Shown in pieces: positions 35,854 through 49,095 of a stretch of DNA of 64,000 bases; positions within the stretch are counted from its first letter, which is position 1, and every line of letters begins with the position of its first letter. The position numbers were made by a program, and so were the translations under genes. The notes under the pieces are model-generated. The model ran no database searches. It had not been told where the DNA came from and worked only from the letters and a program-made list of their open reading frames with translations. This DNA comes from Eutreptiella sp. 'Long Island Sound 2002' (Eukaryota > Protista > Euglenida): NCBI GenBank assembly GCA_964036045.1, contig OZ038379.1:20398001-20462000 (forward strand), given 5' to 3'.

Positions 35854-36139
35854 GTGTGGGACTCAGCTCTGCCCTCGCACCCGGTCGCTTTCATTGTAGT
35901 GCCCTTTGAGGGAAACGCGCACGCGGTGCACGCGGTGCAATACGCGGTGCGCAGCGTAGGTGCACATATTTATATTTACATTCAGATACCCCCTTCTTTG
36001 TCGCCAACATAATCACCTTCAGGGAACTGGAAGGATGGTGCAAAGATGAATGAGCTGTATGAGTTGTGTGGAGTACCCTGCTCTGTCCTTTCTTGTCATT
36101 TGTCATATGGGGCTACATTGCCAAACCCCGAGTGCAATA

Positions 36140-36240
36140 ACTGCACGTGCTGTGGTGCACATCCAGCAGTTTCTGAATGGACGTAACGTCCGATACGAGC
36201 CGTACGGACCGTGGTCACATTTTCCTGGATATTTTCAATG
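36140..36240 (+). pseudogene. Remnant of a divergent Harbinger-like transposase
   Basis: AVVHIQQFLNGRNVRYEPYGPWSHFP matches LLHLQQFLIRRQVRYPPYGPWEHVP (16833 ORF). Confidence 0.65.
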
Positions 36241-39200
36241 TTTGTAGGACAATGCGACCATGGACAGCCGTTGTGGAGGCCTCCGTTGTTGTATGTGAAC
36301 CCCTGAAGCCACCACGTCCCTGCCAGCCTGAAAATCTGCCATAAAATGTGTAAAACAGGTACTCTAAAGAAGCATGTGGTGCGCATGCGGTGCAACACGC
36401 GGTGCACATGTTTCCCTCTTTGTCAACGGCCCCTCTGGTGAGAGCCTTTTCGAACCGTTTCCTCGAAACCTGGCTGATACCTCTGAATTCGGGGTTCGGT
36501 GGTAACACAATGACCCTGAATTTCGAGGTGTCCCTGGGGTGTCACACGGTGCCATGGGTCCTCCCCGCTGGCAGAGGGGAAGGCGGGGTTTCAACCTTTT
36601 TGGGGGATGGGGCAATAAAGCCTCTGGTAACTGGGGGAGGGGACGCCTGGCAAAGGGGGCCGTTCATCAGCTGAAGACCCCAACAATCTCTTTTGGAGGT
36701 TTCAAAGGTCAATGTTTTTTTTTTTTGCACTGAATGATGGCTTTTCTAGACACTGACGACACGCTGATTCCAGCAATGCCATGTTTGAATTTAGGGGTGC
36801 GGATGACCTCCGGGGCTTAGGTGGGTTGGGGCCTGGGTGGATTTCGGGGGCCCTGTCAGTTCAGCCTTTGGTCCCAGTCCCAATTATTGGCACTTCGCGT
36901 CTACAACAGGCAGGAAGTGTCTACAAGGGGCAGGTAGTGCCTACTTGGGGCAGACAGTGTCTACAGACTACAGACCGCTTGGCCCCTATACACGGGTAAA
37001 CGATGTTAGCGGATTGTTTTTGGGGAAGGAGGCCTTAGGTCCCCTTCCCAAATATCGCCTCTTCGCGTCTACAACATGCCGGCAGTGTCTACTGTGGTAG
37101 ACCGCGTGGAGCAGACAGTGTCTACATGGGGCAGATAGTGTCTACAGACTGCAGGCCGCAATTCCTTTGATCCACAGGTAAACGAGAGGGGTACACGGGT
37201 AAACGGGGTAGCATACGGTGGTTAGGGATCATATTCTTGCATATTGGGGGCCTTTGGCCCCACACGTGGCGCTACGCGCCCCTCCTAAGGGGACCTCGGA
37301 ACCCACGGGGGGGGGGGGGGGCAGAGAGGGGGGGGGTAGGGATGGTATATACCATTTAATAAATTAATCAATATTTGGTGTGTTAACGTCAAAAAAATAA
37401 CGGGCAAAAATCCAGCAGTCACACTCAGGCAATGCATTCGTCGGGTCTTTTCCATGCCATCCATACAACAGTCATGCAGCTCCTGCTACACCCCAGTCTA
37501 CCCGTGTTGTTCACCCTCTTCCAATACAACAGCCTTGCTTTTCAACGAGGACAAGTGTGTGTGACTCTGGTCGAGTGCAAAACAGCAGATACCTTGGGGC
37601 GAAGCCCTCAGGGCCATGGCAGCAGGTTGTGCCCACCCACCGCTTTGGGACGAAGAACTGAATTGTGGATATTTGCACAGGCAAGTCTGCCCGACATGGC
37701 AAGCGATCCCTGGGCGAATGTAGATACTGCAAACAGGAGAACGAGGGATCACAGGCAGATTGGCAGGTGAATTCAAGCTCTGCGTGTGCACCTTGGGGTA
37801 TGGTTACATTGGGCCTGGGAATGAAAGGCACGGCCCCCTGGAGGGGGTGTGCAGATCGGGGTACTTTCACGTGGCTCCACTTGGTACTCGCACTGCCACA
37901 TCAAAGTGGGGGATGGTATGCGGCGGTTGGCGAGCTGTACGCAGGCATCCATCCTGCCCACTGCCACAGGGTAACGGAGACAGTTTGGGCGTAACTGCCT
38001 GGACGCCACAGATTACGGCCACTACCCCTTGCAGAGCCAAGGTCATGTTGTCCGTGGCTATTCCCGACCAAGATGGTTCGGGGGTAGGGGGAGCTGGCTT
38101 CACCTGCACGGGCGCACCGGGTTATTTGAGTCCAAAGTGAAAGGAAGCAAGGCGGTGCGTTTAAGAGGTCCAGACCCCGCCACCCCCTCTAGACCCCCCA
38201 AATCTTCTTGCCTACGCATAGGATGCGGCGATTGGGGCTGACCACAGGATTATGGCTCGTTGGGGGCCTTGGGAGATTCATTGTGCGTCTACCAGATTTT
38301 CTTGTTTCTTTCACCTGTTGTGAGTGGTCAACTAGTGTTGACCCCTGCACTCATGTGCAGTCGAATCGCTCATGATTTCATGGGGTATTCCAATGAGCCC
38401 CAAAAACCCCCTGAAACAAATCCCCGCCCCCCGCTCCCCGCGGAATTCCCCTGCTACGGCCGTGGGTGTTCAAGTCTACAACTGCACTGAAATTCAGCCC
38501 CAAAAGGCGTGGATCCTAGCCACGAGCGGGGGAGCGCCTAGCTAATGGGGAGGACATTTTGGAAACCAGGCGAGTTAGGATTGGGAGACAAGGAGAGGGT
38601 ATGCAAATGCCCCGACCTGCATGCTCTCAACCTCGTACCTTGCACCTTACTGGTGACCATGACCAGTACCCCCAACCATGGTAACCGATCACAGCAGCCA
38701 CCCCTCCTGACAGACCCTGTCGCAACTCACCACCATTGACCACGCTTACGACCCCTTGCAACCTGAGACCATTGTGACCCATTGGCAGCGACCGCTGTCA
38801 CCACCAGCCACCGTCACAAACAGCCTGAATGTGCAGCACCCCTGACCTTTTCACTGCATGCCTTGTGCCGTGGGTTTGTCATGTGGGTGGTTCGTGTGTT
38901 GGGGAGCGCTGGGGATTACAACACCCTGTTTACCCTTGCGCCCTCCCAAACGTGGACGGCAGCGACGTTTGGGGATATGTCCCTGCACGTTCCTATCTGT
39001 GCCCCAGGTGTACTCTGCAACGTGTGCTCCTCCACCGGGCAGCTACCTCACGGACCGCGGCATCACATTAGTGCCACGTGCCATACGTGATCTACAAGCA
39101 GCACAGGAGCATCTGCCGTCTCCCATGTCTTCAACCTGACTCATGACCACTGACGCCTAAAGCTTGACCCGTGTGGCACAGTCCGCAGGGCTGCAGCAAC

Positions 39201-40179
39201 TTGACAAGATCCCTCAGTGAGTGCTCGATGACTGATGAATTACCCCGTGGCCCCAGCCCAGCGGGCTGGCTGCATTCTGGTACCCCCGAGAAATCTCGTT
39301 AGTTTACTGGCGCGCATTCCATGAAGGCACAGGAGGCAGATACTGTGGCCAAAGCCCAGCTGAAGGTGGACCAGTCTGGGGCCAAGTGTCGCCAGAGCAC
39401 CAACCGTGTGCAACGCCAGAGCACTAACCGTGTGCTCTGTTGATGCTGCACCACACCACGTGCGGTATAATTGAGCATGCCTTCACCCTCATCATGTGTT
39501 ACGCATACCCTTCAAAACGTAATTGCTCTCATGCCATCGATATGCCATGCACGACGCCTGATTTTGACCACGTCACTGACATTGCTCGCTGCTGCGAGGG
39601 GTAACTCGCTGCACGCCGGGGTCCAGGTGCTCATGAAACACATGAAGCATAAACGCAGAGCCATACCCGTTACCAACCCCATTAACAAGCCAGACTCTCG
39701 CAAACCCCGCAAGTTGAGACTCCTGCAGCACTGAAGCCACTTGCAGTGTGGCTGCAGCAGCAGGCAAAGGAGGAGAGGGTAGCCACACATGCGCCGTTGT
39801 TGTTCGAGGCCACAACGCTGTACAACAGTGACACCGCCAAGGCCACGGGGTCATGCAAGAGGGAGGCGGAACAACTGGCAGCCACAACCCCGTGGCCTTG
39901 GCGGTGGCACTGTTGTGCAGCGCTGTGGCCTCCAACAGCGGTGCATGGTCCGGTGTACCCTCCAGTCAAACGGAATTGACTTCCACACCATAGCTCAACA
40001 GATTGCCCTTGCCGTTGCTGGGCGACCCTCCTGTGCCCACCACCACCGAGAGCGCCTGCTTTGCCTGCTGCTGCTGCCACACTGCAAGTGCCTTCAGTGT
40101 CCTCCTCAAGCTGTGCTTCCGCCACCTTCGGCGCCAAAACCTTATCCCCCAGGTACGCCGCCTTGTCCACTTCCTAATC

Positions 40180-40782
40180 TGGGGAGCACTATCTGCTTTC
40201 TGGGCAGGCCTGCAACCGCTACATGCCACATGCGGAGTCCCGCCTCAGGCTGGGTGGTCTGGCTGCCCTCACCCTTGCACTTGCCCAGAAGAGGGAAAAG
40301 GTGTACATGGCCACGCTGGACCCTCAAAATGCGTTCTGGAGTGCACAACTGCCCTGAGTGTGGGTTTGCATATTTGTGGTGCAGGGGGCAAGGGGAGGAG
40401 GCATGAAGTACGTACAGCTCCCCTTTGGGTGGTCATATAGCCCATTGATATGCCAAACTTGAGTTCACGCCATAGTCAAAGGGGCACTGACAAGGGTGAG
40501 TGGGAACCACCAGGTGTATATTGACAACATTCTGTTGGCGGTATCAAGCACATCCAGGCTGTGGTGCATGGTGGTGCAGGCCAGGGATACGCTGGCCAGG
40601 GCAGGGTTCATTGTGGGACAAAAAGTGAGCCCAAGCCGACAGAGCGCATCTTGTTCATGGACAAAAACGTAGACACTGGGCAAGAGGTGATCGGAAACAT
40701 GGTGGGGGCAGTCATGCGTGAGAAGAGAGGGTTGGGGGTGTTGATGGAGGAAGAGGGGGTGCGGGGGCGGGATCTGGCCTGA
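40180..40782 (+). pseudogene. Degenerate RT of a tyrosine-recombinase (DIRS/VIPER-like) retroelement
   Basis: MATLDPQNAFWS (cf. LAKLDIQNAFWS near 58700), LPFGWSYSP, VYIDNILL, AGFIVGQKSEPKPTERILFM. Confidence 0.75.
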
Positions 40783-41233
40783 CCCCCCCTCTTCCCATGG
40801 TTGTCAGCCCGCTGGGCTGGAAAAGTGTAGCACCAACAAACATCGGCACAATAAAGGATCATGGCTCCCAGAGATGAATGTGCAACACCAACAGTCTACT
40901 CATTGGGTTAAAAAGGACGCCATTGTGGTTCAGAAAGTGGTTCATTCAGTATTGGAGCTGATGTATCTAACTGGAAATGCCTCTGGTGCAACAAGCAACC
41001 TGCTGAAGGATGGGACGACAGACTGACAAACTGGCAGGGCGTTTTCCTGAAAATGGACGATGCAAAAAAAAAGAGGGGCTCACGCACTTTTTTCTTTGTG
41101 AGGAGAGTCACCCATTGCACCCTTCGCAAATCTGAACACCAAAAATACATCACACTTGTGACGAGATCCTCCGTGGCGACAGCAAGCAGTGACTTTTTGG
41201 ACACAACAAAGCAATCCATGGTGTGGCCTGCAG

Positions 41234-41419
41234 CATGAAGGGAACACCATTAGAGGAAGAAACAACATCACATATTTTTTCTGTGGCCGCAGGCCGGAAA
41301 GGGAAAAAATCAGTGTCCGCAACATTTCTGACCTGGATCATGCATTAGAACAGGAGGAAGGGGCGGGTGTTCCAGGGGGGAGGGGGGGTCCCTCCTCCTC
41401 TGGTTGTCAGCCGTTCTAA
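41234..41419 (+). CDS. Candidate terminal exon of the PPPDE gene
   Basis: cctgcag|CAT, phase 0, HEGNTIRGRNNITYFFCGRRPERE...QPF*. Weak pyrimidine tract. Confidence 0.35.
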   Translation, partial: HEGNTIRGRNNITYFFCGRRPEREKISVRNISDLDHALEQEEGAGVPGGRGGPSSSGCQPF

Positions 41420-42739
41420 TACATGGCGGGGGTTTTCAGGACCTAGTTGCGGTGGGCACGGGCGGGAAAGCTGGCTGCCAAAAGTCCGAGCAGACTCTTG
41501 GGGCAAGTGTGAGGCCTAAAACTTGTGAAATCTCAGCTCAGGAATCACCAATGTTGGGTAAGAGGTATGATTTCTGAGGCATTTTCCAGTTCCTGGGGAC
41601 AAGAAAGACAGTAAAGACGATCACCATCTAGTTCCAAATCCCCTGCCCATCCGTGACAAAGGTCGATGGCCATCGATCGTGACAGTGGGTGCAGCGTGAC
41701 AATGGGTTACGGGCTGTGGTCGGTCACGATGCCCCCCCGGCCTCCCCGCCTGCCGTTACGCCATCAGACCGACCAGAAGTCCGTCCTGACCCCTTGTAAC
41801 TGACCACTGCGGATCGATTGCCACCGAACAATGGCGTAGCCCATCTCGACGTATGGCGACTGACCACTATCGCTACCGTTTGTACATGGGATTCCATTCA
41901 GAAAACAATTTGGCCATGACCCTTTGCGATGTTCTCTTCAGCCCTCTGTAACCCTTAGGGAGTCAGTCCATCATGTCATCGACCGCCTTCTGCAACGTTG
42001 GGGCAAGTGTTTTGCCGACCTCCTGGGCCTTTGGCGCTCACCCGCACATTCCCACTTCTTGTGGGTGCTGTACCCACCGTGAAATCTGACTGTCGTGACC
42101 CATCGACACGCCACTGTCACGACCTGTTGCGGCCCATCCAGGGCTGTCCTTAACAAGCCAGATTTTTTTGTGTTAAGGACAGCCCCTAAGGACAGCCCCA
42201 GGGACCACCAATTGCCAACTGCCAACCGCCACCAACCACCATTGCTGGGTTAACGGAGTCAAATCTGCAGGGGTGTGCCTGACGACTGACTGGAGTCGAA
42301 AAATTGCGACTGGAGCCTGACTGCAGTCAATCACAAAACGAGATGACTGACGACTCTACACCTTATTTTAGCCCGATCTTAGCCTTCATACCCTCGGGGT
42401 GCGCGCTGCCAAGCCGCACGCACATTTCCCGATTTGGGGTGCGCACTGTGCCACATGCGCTTCCCGGGGTTGTAGCACGCCGCCGCTGAGCCGCCGCGCT
42501 GCACCCCATGCGCTTCACCGGGTCAGGGTGCGTGCCACCGCGCTGCGCCGCGTGCACTTTGCTGGGTCTGGGCGTGTCATATCAGGCAGCAGGATGCGAA
42601 TCTTCAGTGCATGAAATCGCAGCGCCTCTCAGACGCTTTAGTGTGCGAGTTGCGCGACACGATTGAGTCGACTGAAGGGCATTGACTGGTGACTGATGTG
42701 ACTGAGTCGCTGACTGGCGACTGACTGACTGGAGTGAAC

Positions 42740-42895
42740 CAAGCACTCTGAACCGTGAACCGCCAGCCGCTGCCAACTGCCACCAACCACCAACCACCAA
42801 CCGCCAACCGCCACCAACCACCAACTGCCACCAACCGCCAACCATGAACTGCCAACCGCCACCCACGACGGACTGCCAACCGCCAACTGCCAACC
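42740..42895. repeat. Low-complexity (AACCGCC/ACCACCA) repeat of a dispersed element
   Basis: Directly visible short-period repeats, with a similar tract at 42210-42240. Confidence 0.8.
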
Positions 42896-44399
42896 TTTGA
42901 AGTAGAGAAGGCCCCATGACCATGAAGCAGAAGGCGTCCCCGTGAACGTTCGTTTCTGTTGGCGTTATGAAGGTCGTTTTTTTTTTCTCCCTTAAGGACC
43001 GCCCTGGGCCCATTGCAGCAGACCACTTTGGCAAACTTACCCTCAGATATCGCCCCCCCCCCCCCCCCCACGAGTTTGACCGCAATACAGGGTACAAAGC
43101 CCCTGCCTCTCAAGTGGTCACAACCACCCATCCCCAGAAACTGTAAATCACATGCAGAATCTCTGCAGAGACGCTGTTGAGCGATTTTCCTGAACAAAAC
43201 TGCCTGCAACAAACTGAAGGTGGTTGCCCAGCATCTCATGTCAGGTGCGGGATGACGAGAATTCGCAACAGCACACTGCCGAAGGCATACTGGCACCCCC
43301 TTCCCCTCGGATGTCAAGGCAGAAGTTTGTATTTGTGTATCAGTCCAGTGCATGTTCCTTGAATTGGTGAGCATTTGGGGGAAGACTCCACTTCACTGCA
43401 TGCCAGACTGGATCGGACTGCTCTATGGTGATGGGACTGCAGGCTAACCTGAGGCGTGGCCCAGAGAGTGATTGCACTTCATCTACTACTGCATCCAACC
43501 CCGAGACGGGAGGGGTGGTTTACCCAATCCTCTCTGGCCCATCGCCATCATGTGTAGTATGGCACTGGTCTCGTGCACGAAATGGCTGCATGTCTGTGGA
43601 TGTGCGTGATAGGGTGCACAGCTCTGCACACTTTAGATTATACACCGCAGAGCTCAGAGCTGTAATTCGAGTGCAGTCTGATAATGGAGTGTTGAAGATG
43701 CGTGGATGTTGTGGGTGGGGATGGTGGTGTGGATATTGGTGGGGTTCTGCATTGGGTTGGTTGAACAACACATTTCGCTGGTTATTGACAAGTGTCCTCA
43801 TTGCATGCGGCCTGTGTGAATTTGAATGCTTTACAGGAGCCCGGAACACCTTGGAGAGATTGTTAGATCAAGCACAGGTGTGGGCACCAGTCCCCCCCCC
43901 CCCCTTTGGGGTCATTTGGGCAGCATACCCCAATGGGTGATATCAGATGTCCAACCCCCCAATGAATTTTTCGATTTTGAGCCCTCCAGCCCCCCCTGTA
44001 CCGGGGTGCCACTTTGTTGGGAAGGGGTGGGTGAGGGGTTGGGGGGGGGAGGTCCATTTTTTTTTTGCGCATTGTGGCCGCTGTGCGGCAATTTAGACCC
44101 CGGTCCTGAATAATTTTTTTCTTATACATGGACCCTCAAACCAATAGTGGGGGTCTCAGGTCCGAACTCTGGGTACCCCCGGTCGCCCCCCCCCCCCCCC
44201 ATGGGCCCTTGCCGGTGAGGCTTTACACGTTCAGGGTGGCATGCGTCGGCTGCAACTTTTCGAAAAATTTTGACTTTTTCTGAAATCTTTTGTCGCCCCT
44301 ATGATGGGTTTGGGTGATCATTTGGTGACAATACAGGTACTCCAGCTCCCATGGGGACTCATGTAGTGGATGCTAGGGTGGAGGCATCTCCACTGCCTA

Positions 44400-45330
44400 A
44401 ATTGCCATTGCTACTACATGACTCATCCAATGGCAAAGATGGGTTGTCTGCAGGTGGTGGCCTTAGAACCTTTGCTAGTCTCAAAATTGCACTCTCCAAG
44501 GGTGCCACAGTGTCTCAGAGTATCTTGTCCAGAACGGCAGCTGCAACTATGTGACTACTGCAGTCTGGCACCCTGCATTGACTCCACCAAGGGGTTGGTC
44601 AATTTGAGGCCAGCAACAACCCTTTGGCAGACCTTTTGGCTCCTTGGGCTCCACCACATGGCGGGACTCTGGCGCTGCCATCAGTGTTGCCTCTAACTCC
44701 AAGTGGCAATTGGACCATCCGAGTTTGCCTTGAAACCAGCCCTGCCCAATGCCCCTTGAAAGAAACACCAAAAGTTCTTCAACAAGGGCTGGCCGGTTCC
44801 ACAGAGCAAGATATGTCCTACACTAAGCTCCTCTTCAAAGAAGGGCAGTTTTTGGTGGATGAAGTAATGAGTGACCTGTTTGTGGACATGGCAGCACAAT
44901 GTGTCACTGCAGAAATTCCAATTCCCTGTTTCTTTCATTACGAACGGCGGCACTCTCCTACAGCACAAGGTTGATGGGCCGCCCAAATTCGTGAACAAAG
45001 TCACCGGTTATCAGGATGGCCACACAGCTCAAGTTCGGGTTCCAGATGAAGCACAATTGCGTCACGGATTGCCTGTTTCCTACACGGTGATTGAACTTCC
45101 TAATGGTGAGCAGGGCAGACAACATTCCATTGGGGTGCAAGGAGTTGGTTGAGAATAATTGGCAAATGCCATGGCAGAGAATCTGGCATCAACGGCTCAC
45201 TAGGTGCCACTTGGCAATTGTCAATGGAGTCCAAAAGCCTTTCGTGCGGAGGATTGCACCGCGAATTCCGCGTCTTCTCCTGAAGTACTTTTGCAGATGC
45301 TGGGTGACCTCAGCATTAAGTTGATTTGAT
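44400..45330 (-). pseudogene. Highly degenerate Ty3/Gypsy-like pol (RT to RNase H linker)
   Basis: Motifs in the expected order across frameshifts: RTKGFWTPL, PNGMLSALLTIRKFNHRV (PFGLxNAPATFQR-like), QKLPFFEEELSVGHIL, LAKVLRPPPADNPSLPLDES. Confidence 0.5.
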
Positions 45331-46547
45331 AGGGAACTCTCAAGTGCAGTTGTCAGTTTCTGGTCTTGACCTGGCAGGCGCAACAATCTCCGCGACAGAA
45401 TTTGTGGCCAAGAGCTTGAGCACTGTCTCCACCGAGGTCGATTCGCGTTGATTTTGCAACATGCACCCAGCTGTACAAAAATTAGGGTTTCCGTCCATCA
45501 CATCAGTGGAAGTGGATGGAGGCAAGTAACATCCCCAACACCAATCGACAAGCGCTGTAACAAATAGCAAGGCAGGAAACGGCTTGTTGATGCTTGTGGA
45601 CAGCATAGAACTACTTCTGGTAACTACTCCCACGGCCACGGCCACGGCCACGGGACTGTTTCTTTTTGTAAGAGGTCCATCGACCATGCTGCAGTACCAT
45701 AGGTGCCGAAGAAACATCTCTACTCTGGTGCTATTTGCTTTCACTCATTTTCAGTTCATATTGATCGGCGGAGTTTTCCTTCCTCCCCTGAGGTCACCTT
45801 AGTCACATCTTCATGGACCATTGCTCCTTAAAATGAATTCCTTCCTAGTCACATCTTCATAGAGCGCGTAGTTCAAACACACAAAGAGGATGTTTTCACA
45901 ACATCCCCACAGCAAGGCACCTGGGCTTGGCGTCTCACGTTTGAGATGCTGGGGGGGATGCCTCTGTGCCTCACCCATGGACTATTGCTATTCAAAATGA
46001 ATTCCTTCCTTCCTAGGCACCTGGGCTACACGCACATTCTCACAAAAACTTGCATATTGGAAGCACATGAGTGAATGAATCACCCAAGACTTCAATGTGA
46101 GAGACAGCAGCGACTTTCAATCAAGCGGATCTGTCCAAAGTGGTGTGGCTTTGGAAAAAGGGAACCAAATACCATGTGCCTTTTCTTCATGATTGTTGTG
46201 CACAGTCTCTTGGCATGCATTTGTGCCCAGTTTGCAGAAGCCGGGTCAAGGAGCAGCATTAAGCTTCATGCGCCAAAAGCGATCCCAAGTTTTGATTGCA
46301 ACTTTTTTGTATGGAGTTTTCGCCATTGAAGCTATTGTGTTGCATATGTAGTGATTTTAGAAAGTTGCAAGAAAAGTCCACAGGTAGCATGCACCGCAGT
46401 GTAATAACTCCAGGATGTATGCTCGTTAGCTTCGATGTTGTTTCTGTATTCTTGTTGGATAGTCTCATTTCTTCCATTCGCATGGACGTCGTCAATAGGA
46501 CACACGACGGGACTCCCATCCGTTGTGGGTCATCAATTAAAGCACGA

Positions 46548-48350
46548 ATGGCTCGCGTGATTGTCATGCTCATGCTCGTTGTTTTCGCACACGCTGTACT
46601 ATTTGGTGACCAGCTTGTGTTGCAATCATTGGCGTCTCGGAGGAGTAAACGATCGGTGACTCAAGGAACTATTGTACACTACTCAGTTGGCGCGCAAAGG
46701 ATTCATGCTGGATCATTTGCCAGCTTGTGGGACAACGCACTCACGCCAGGATACGGAGCCAACACAACGCATTTGCACTCGCTTCCTCACGGCTCTCACC
46801 GACCCCCTCAAAGTATGCGTGTGCTCAAACCGCATGCCTCCATGTACGTTTTGCTCGTGGTGTATGAGGAAGATCCGATGGGCATTAATGTAATTCTGTT
46901 GAATAGTGCCAATCTTAGGGAACCCACGGCGACGTACACGCTTCCCGCACCGGCCGACGTGCTACTCGTGGCTGCCACCGCCCTGGACTCGCAAACAATA
47001 TCGATCGTGTACGTACTAGCCTCAACGGATGGGACCGCGCAAAGGCCTTCAAACCGCCGCTCCTCCGAGTCACAACAAGGATTGCATATCGCCACGTTCA
47101 CCCTCGGAGATGGTTCCTCTTTATGGCCCCAAACCCTCCGCCACGCGCTTCATGTCGAGGATGCAAAGTCCCTTTGCTATGGGCCACATCTTGTGCCTTG
47201 TAGCTTCCACTTTCCGACCCTTGCCACCACGAGTCTCCCGGCTTCCCACGCTATCAACTACACGACGCACTTGGGGTCGCGAGTTCAGCTGCTCCACACG
47301 GACGCACAAACCCAACTGCTTGTGTATCACATACCAATGCCAAATGATGTGGCGTTTCGCCGTGCGCCCGTAGCTGGTGGATTTGCGTATTGCATGGCGA
47401 CATTGCGGAGAAACCACGACCAACTCTTTGGCTTCGATGAGAGTTGTACTGGAACGGAAAGCGCCAAATGCTGCTCTATCATGCGACACCCCACCACGGG
47501 GCAGCCCTTGCCATGTCACACCATCTCGAACTTGGTAATCACCCATCGGTCCCCGTCGACTGTCGCGGTTGCGTGCGCGACTTCCACGGGCCTCTTCACA
47601 TGTCTGCGGCCTGCTAGCAACGCCTCGGCTTCCTTCAATTGTATCCCGCACCCTCAAGTGCCACAGCCCGTAATGCATGTCACTTTGAGCTCCCTGCCGG
47701 AGCGTCGCGGCTCTTGGCTCTTGGCAGCCACCGCCAACGGTAGCATTTGGGTCCAACATTGTAGCCTTGCTCTAGAGCAAAACAGCGGTGTCCAATGCCA
47801 ACCGCTACAGCAACCGTGGGCCCGCACCGAAGTACAACATTACATTCTACAATCGGTATCTAGGGTGGAGATGCCCAAGAATAGCACTTTTCTATTTGTG
47901 TTTGAACAGCTTGAAATTTCGACCGGTGCTGTCCAGACGCGGCTTGCCGTTGCGGACGTCACCCAGCAAGGCGACGTGCTTGTGTCTGGCTACAGCTGTG
48001 TCGCCCCAATGCAGCTCCGCTCGACATTCGTCCCCGTACGATCTCCCGGAGAGAGCTCGGAGCCTTCGCTCGAAATGGTGTACGCAGACAACCCGCCGTG
48101 GTTGGTGCGATACACTTGGGTCGGGGGCTCTCGGCCCCTTGGGATGGTTACGCAATCCGGTAATCTGATGGACCGCGTCCCAGTGCTGATTGAGGGGCTG
48201 GTGGGGGGCTATGGCGATCTTGAAGTGGGGCGCCGGTATGGTTTTGATGGCTTGGGGTCCGCCCAAATCCACAGAGATGACTACCCCGGTTTGAGTGCTG
48301 AGGCGGTCACGCCGGGAATGATGTGGTGGAGCCGGGAACGCTCTGGTTGA
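46548..48350 (+). CDS. Intronless ~600-aa predicted secreted protein of unknown function
   Basis: Long uninterrupted ORF with a hydrophobic N-terminus MARVIVMLMLVVFAHA, an RRSKR site, Cys clusters and beta-rich segments. Confidence 0.8.
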   Translation: MARVIVMLMLVVFAHAVLFGDQLVLQSLASRRSKRSVTQGTIVHYSVGAQRIHAGSFASLWDNALTPGYGANTTHLHSLPHGSHRPPQSMRVLKPHASMYVLLVVYEEDPMGINVILLNSANLREPTATYTLPAPADVLLVAATALDSQTISIVYVLASTDGTAQRPSNRRSSESQQGLHIATFTLGDGSSLWPQTLRHALHVEDAKSLCYGPHLVPCSFHFPTLATTSLPASHAINYTTHLGSRVQLLHTDAQTQLLVYHIPMPNDVAFRRAPVAGGFAYCMATLRRNHDQLFGFDESCTGTESAKCCSIMRHPTTGQPLPCHTISNLVITHRSPSTVAVACATSTGLFTCLRPASNASASFNCIPHPQVPQPVMHVTLSSLPERRGSWLLAATANGSIWVQHCSLALEQNSGVQCQPLQQPWARTEVQHYILQSVSRVEMPKNSTFLFVFEQLEISTGAVQTRLAVADVTQQGDVLVSGYSCVAPMQLRSTFVPVRSPGESSEPSLEMVYADNPPWLVRYTWVGGSRPLGMVTQSGNLMDRVPVLIEGLVGGYGDLEVGRRYGFDGLGSAQIHRDDYPGLSAEAVTPGMMWWSRERSG

Positions 48351-48465
48351 GGGGGTCCGTGGGCACCTCGGGCCCCCCTTTCGCACAAAACAAGACCGCC
48401 TCGAACCACCGGCTCTGGAAGGATGGCTGCCGGCGCTTGGGGGCCAGCGGTACGACGCTTGTGGG

Positions 48466-49095
48466 TCAGCAACCAGCGGCGGTTGGAAAGCTACGATGTT
48501 CTTCAATGACTCGCGGCGCTTTTGACTGGGGTTGTTGAATGTCCATGTGTCTCGTTTTTTTGTTTACGGCACCTCTTGAGCCTTTCTGTTGACAATTGGA
48601 AACGAACCAATCGAAGGTGCTGCACGATGATAAGAAACCACCGGAAATGAACCCCAAAAGTTTCAGATTGGAATTGGTCGACACCTACACGACTGATTTA
48701 TTTGCTCTTTTCCCGGTGAATACCCCTTTCTTACCTCGTTCTTCTGTCGACGGGGATCCCAGGTCAAGAGGTCAGCGACGATTTCGAAGGAGTGTAACAT
48801 GGAAAGGGATTGTCCACCACTTGGGTTGAAGTGTGGTTTCACTCAAGCGTCAGCAACCAATCTGCTGGGGAGCACTTACCTTCGTCTTCTTCTTGTGTTC
48901 TCACCCGTAGCCCCTTGCTCTCTCCCTTCGGCCCCCCTTTCTTCATACGCTGATTACAGTGACAAGCAATGTGTTGAAATTTGGCTCAATCCTCCGTTGC
49001 TGCGCGTGCAGCGGTGGGTGTGCACCAGTTTTGCTCTCTCCTGCTAGTGTACCTTGCGTTGGCTCCTCTTCCGGGCGTTTTGGTATCGTATCACG
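48466..49095 (-). CDS. 3' exons of an unknown minus-strand gene (exons 49095-49053, 48949-48880, 48841-48735, 48684-48466)
   Basis: Four consecutive phase-compatible GT-AG exons (donors gtacac, gtaagt, gtaaga; introns 103, 38 and 50 nt). Further candidate exons up to ~50993 unresolved. Confidence 0.5.

Noticed and set aside
45189-45210. 18-nt GT-AG mini-intron on the minus strand removing a stop
   Set aside because: It lies inside a decayed Gypsy pol with many lesions, so it is likely coincidental.
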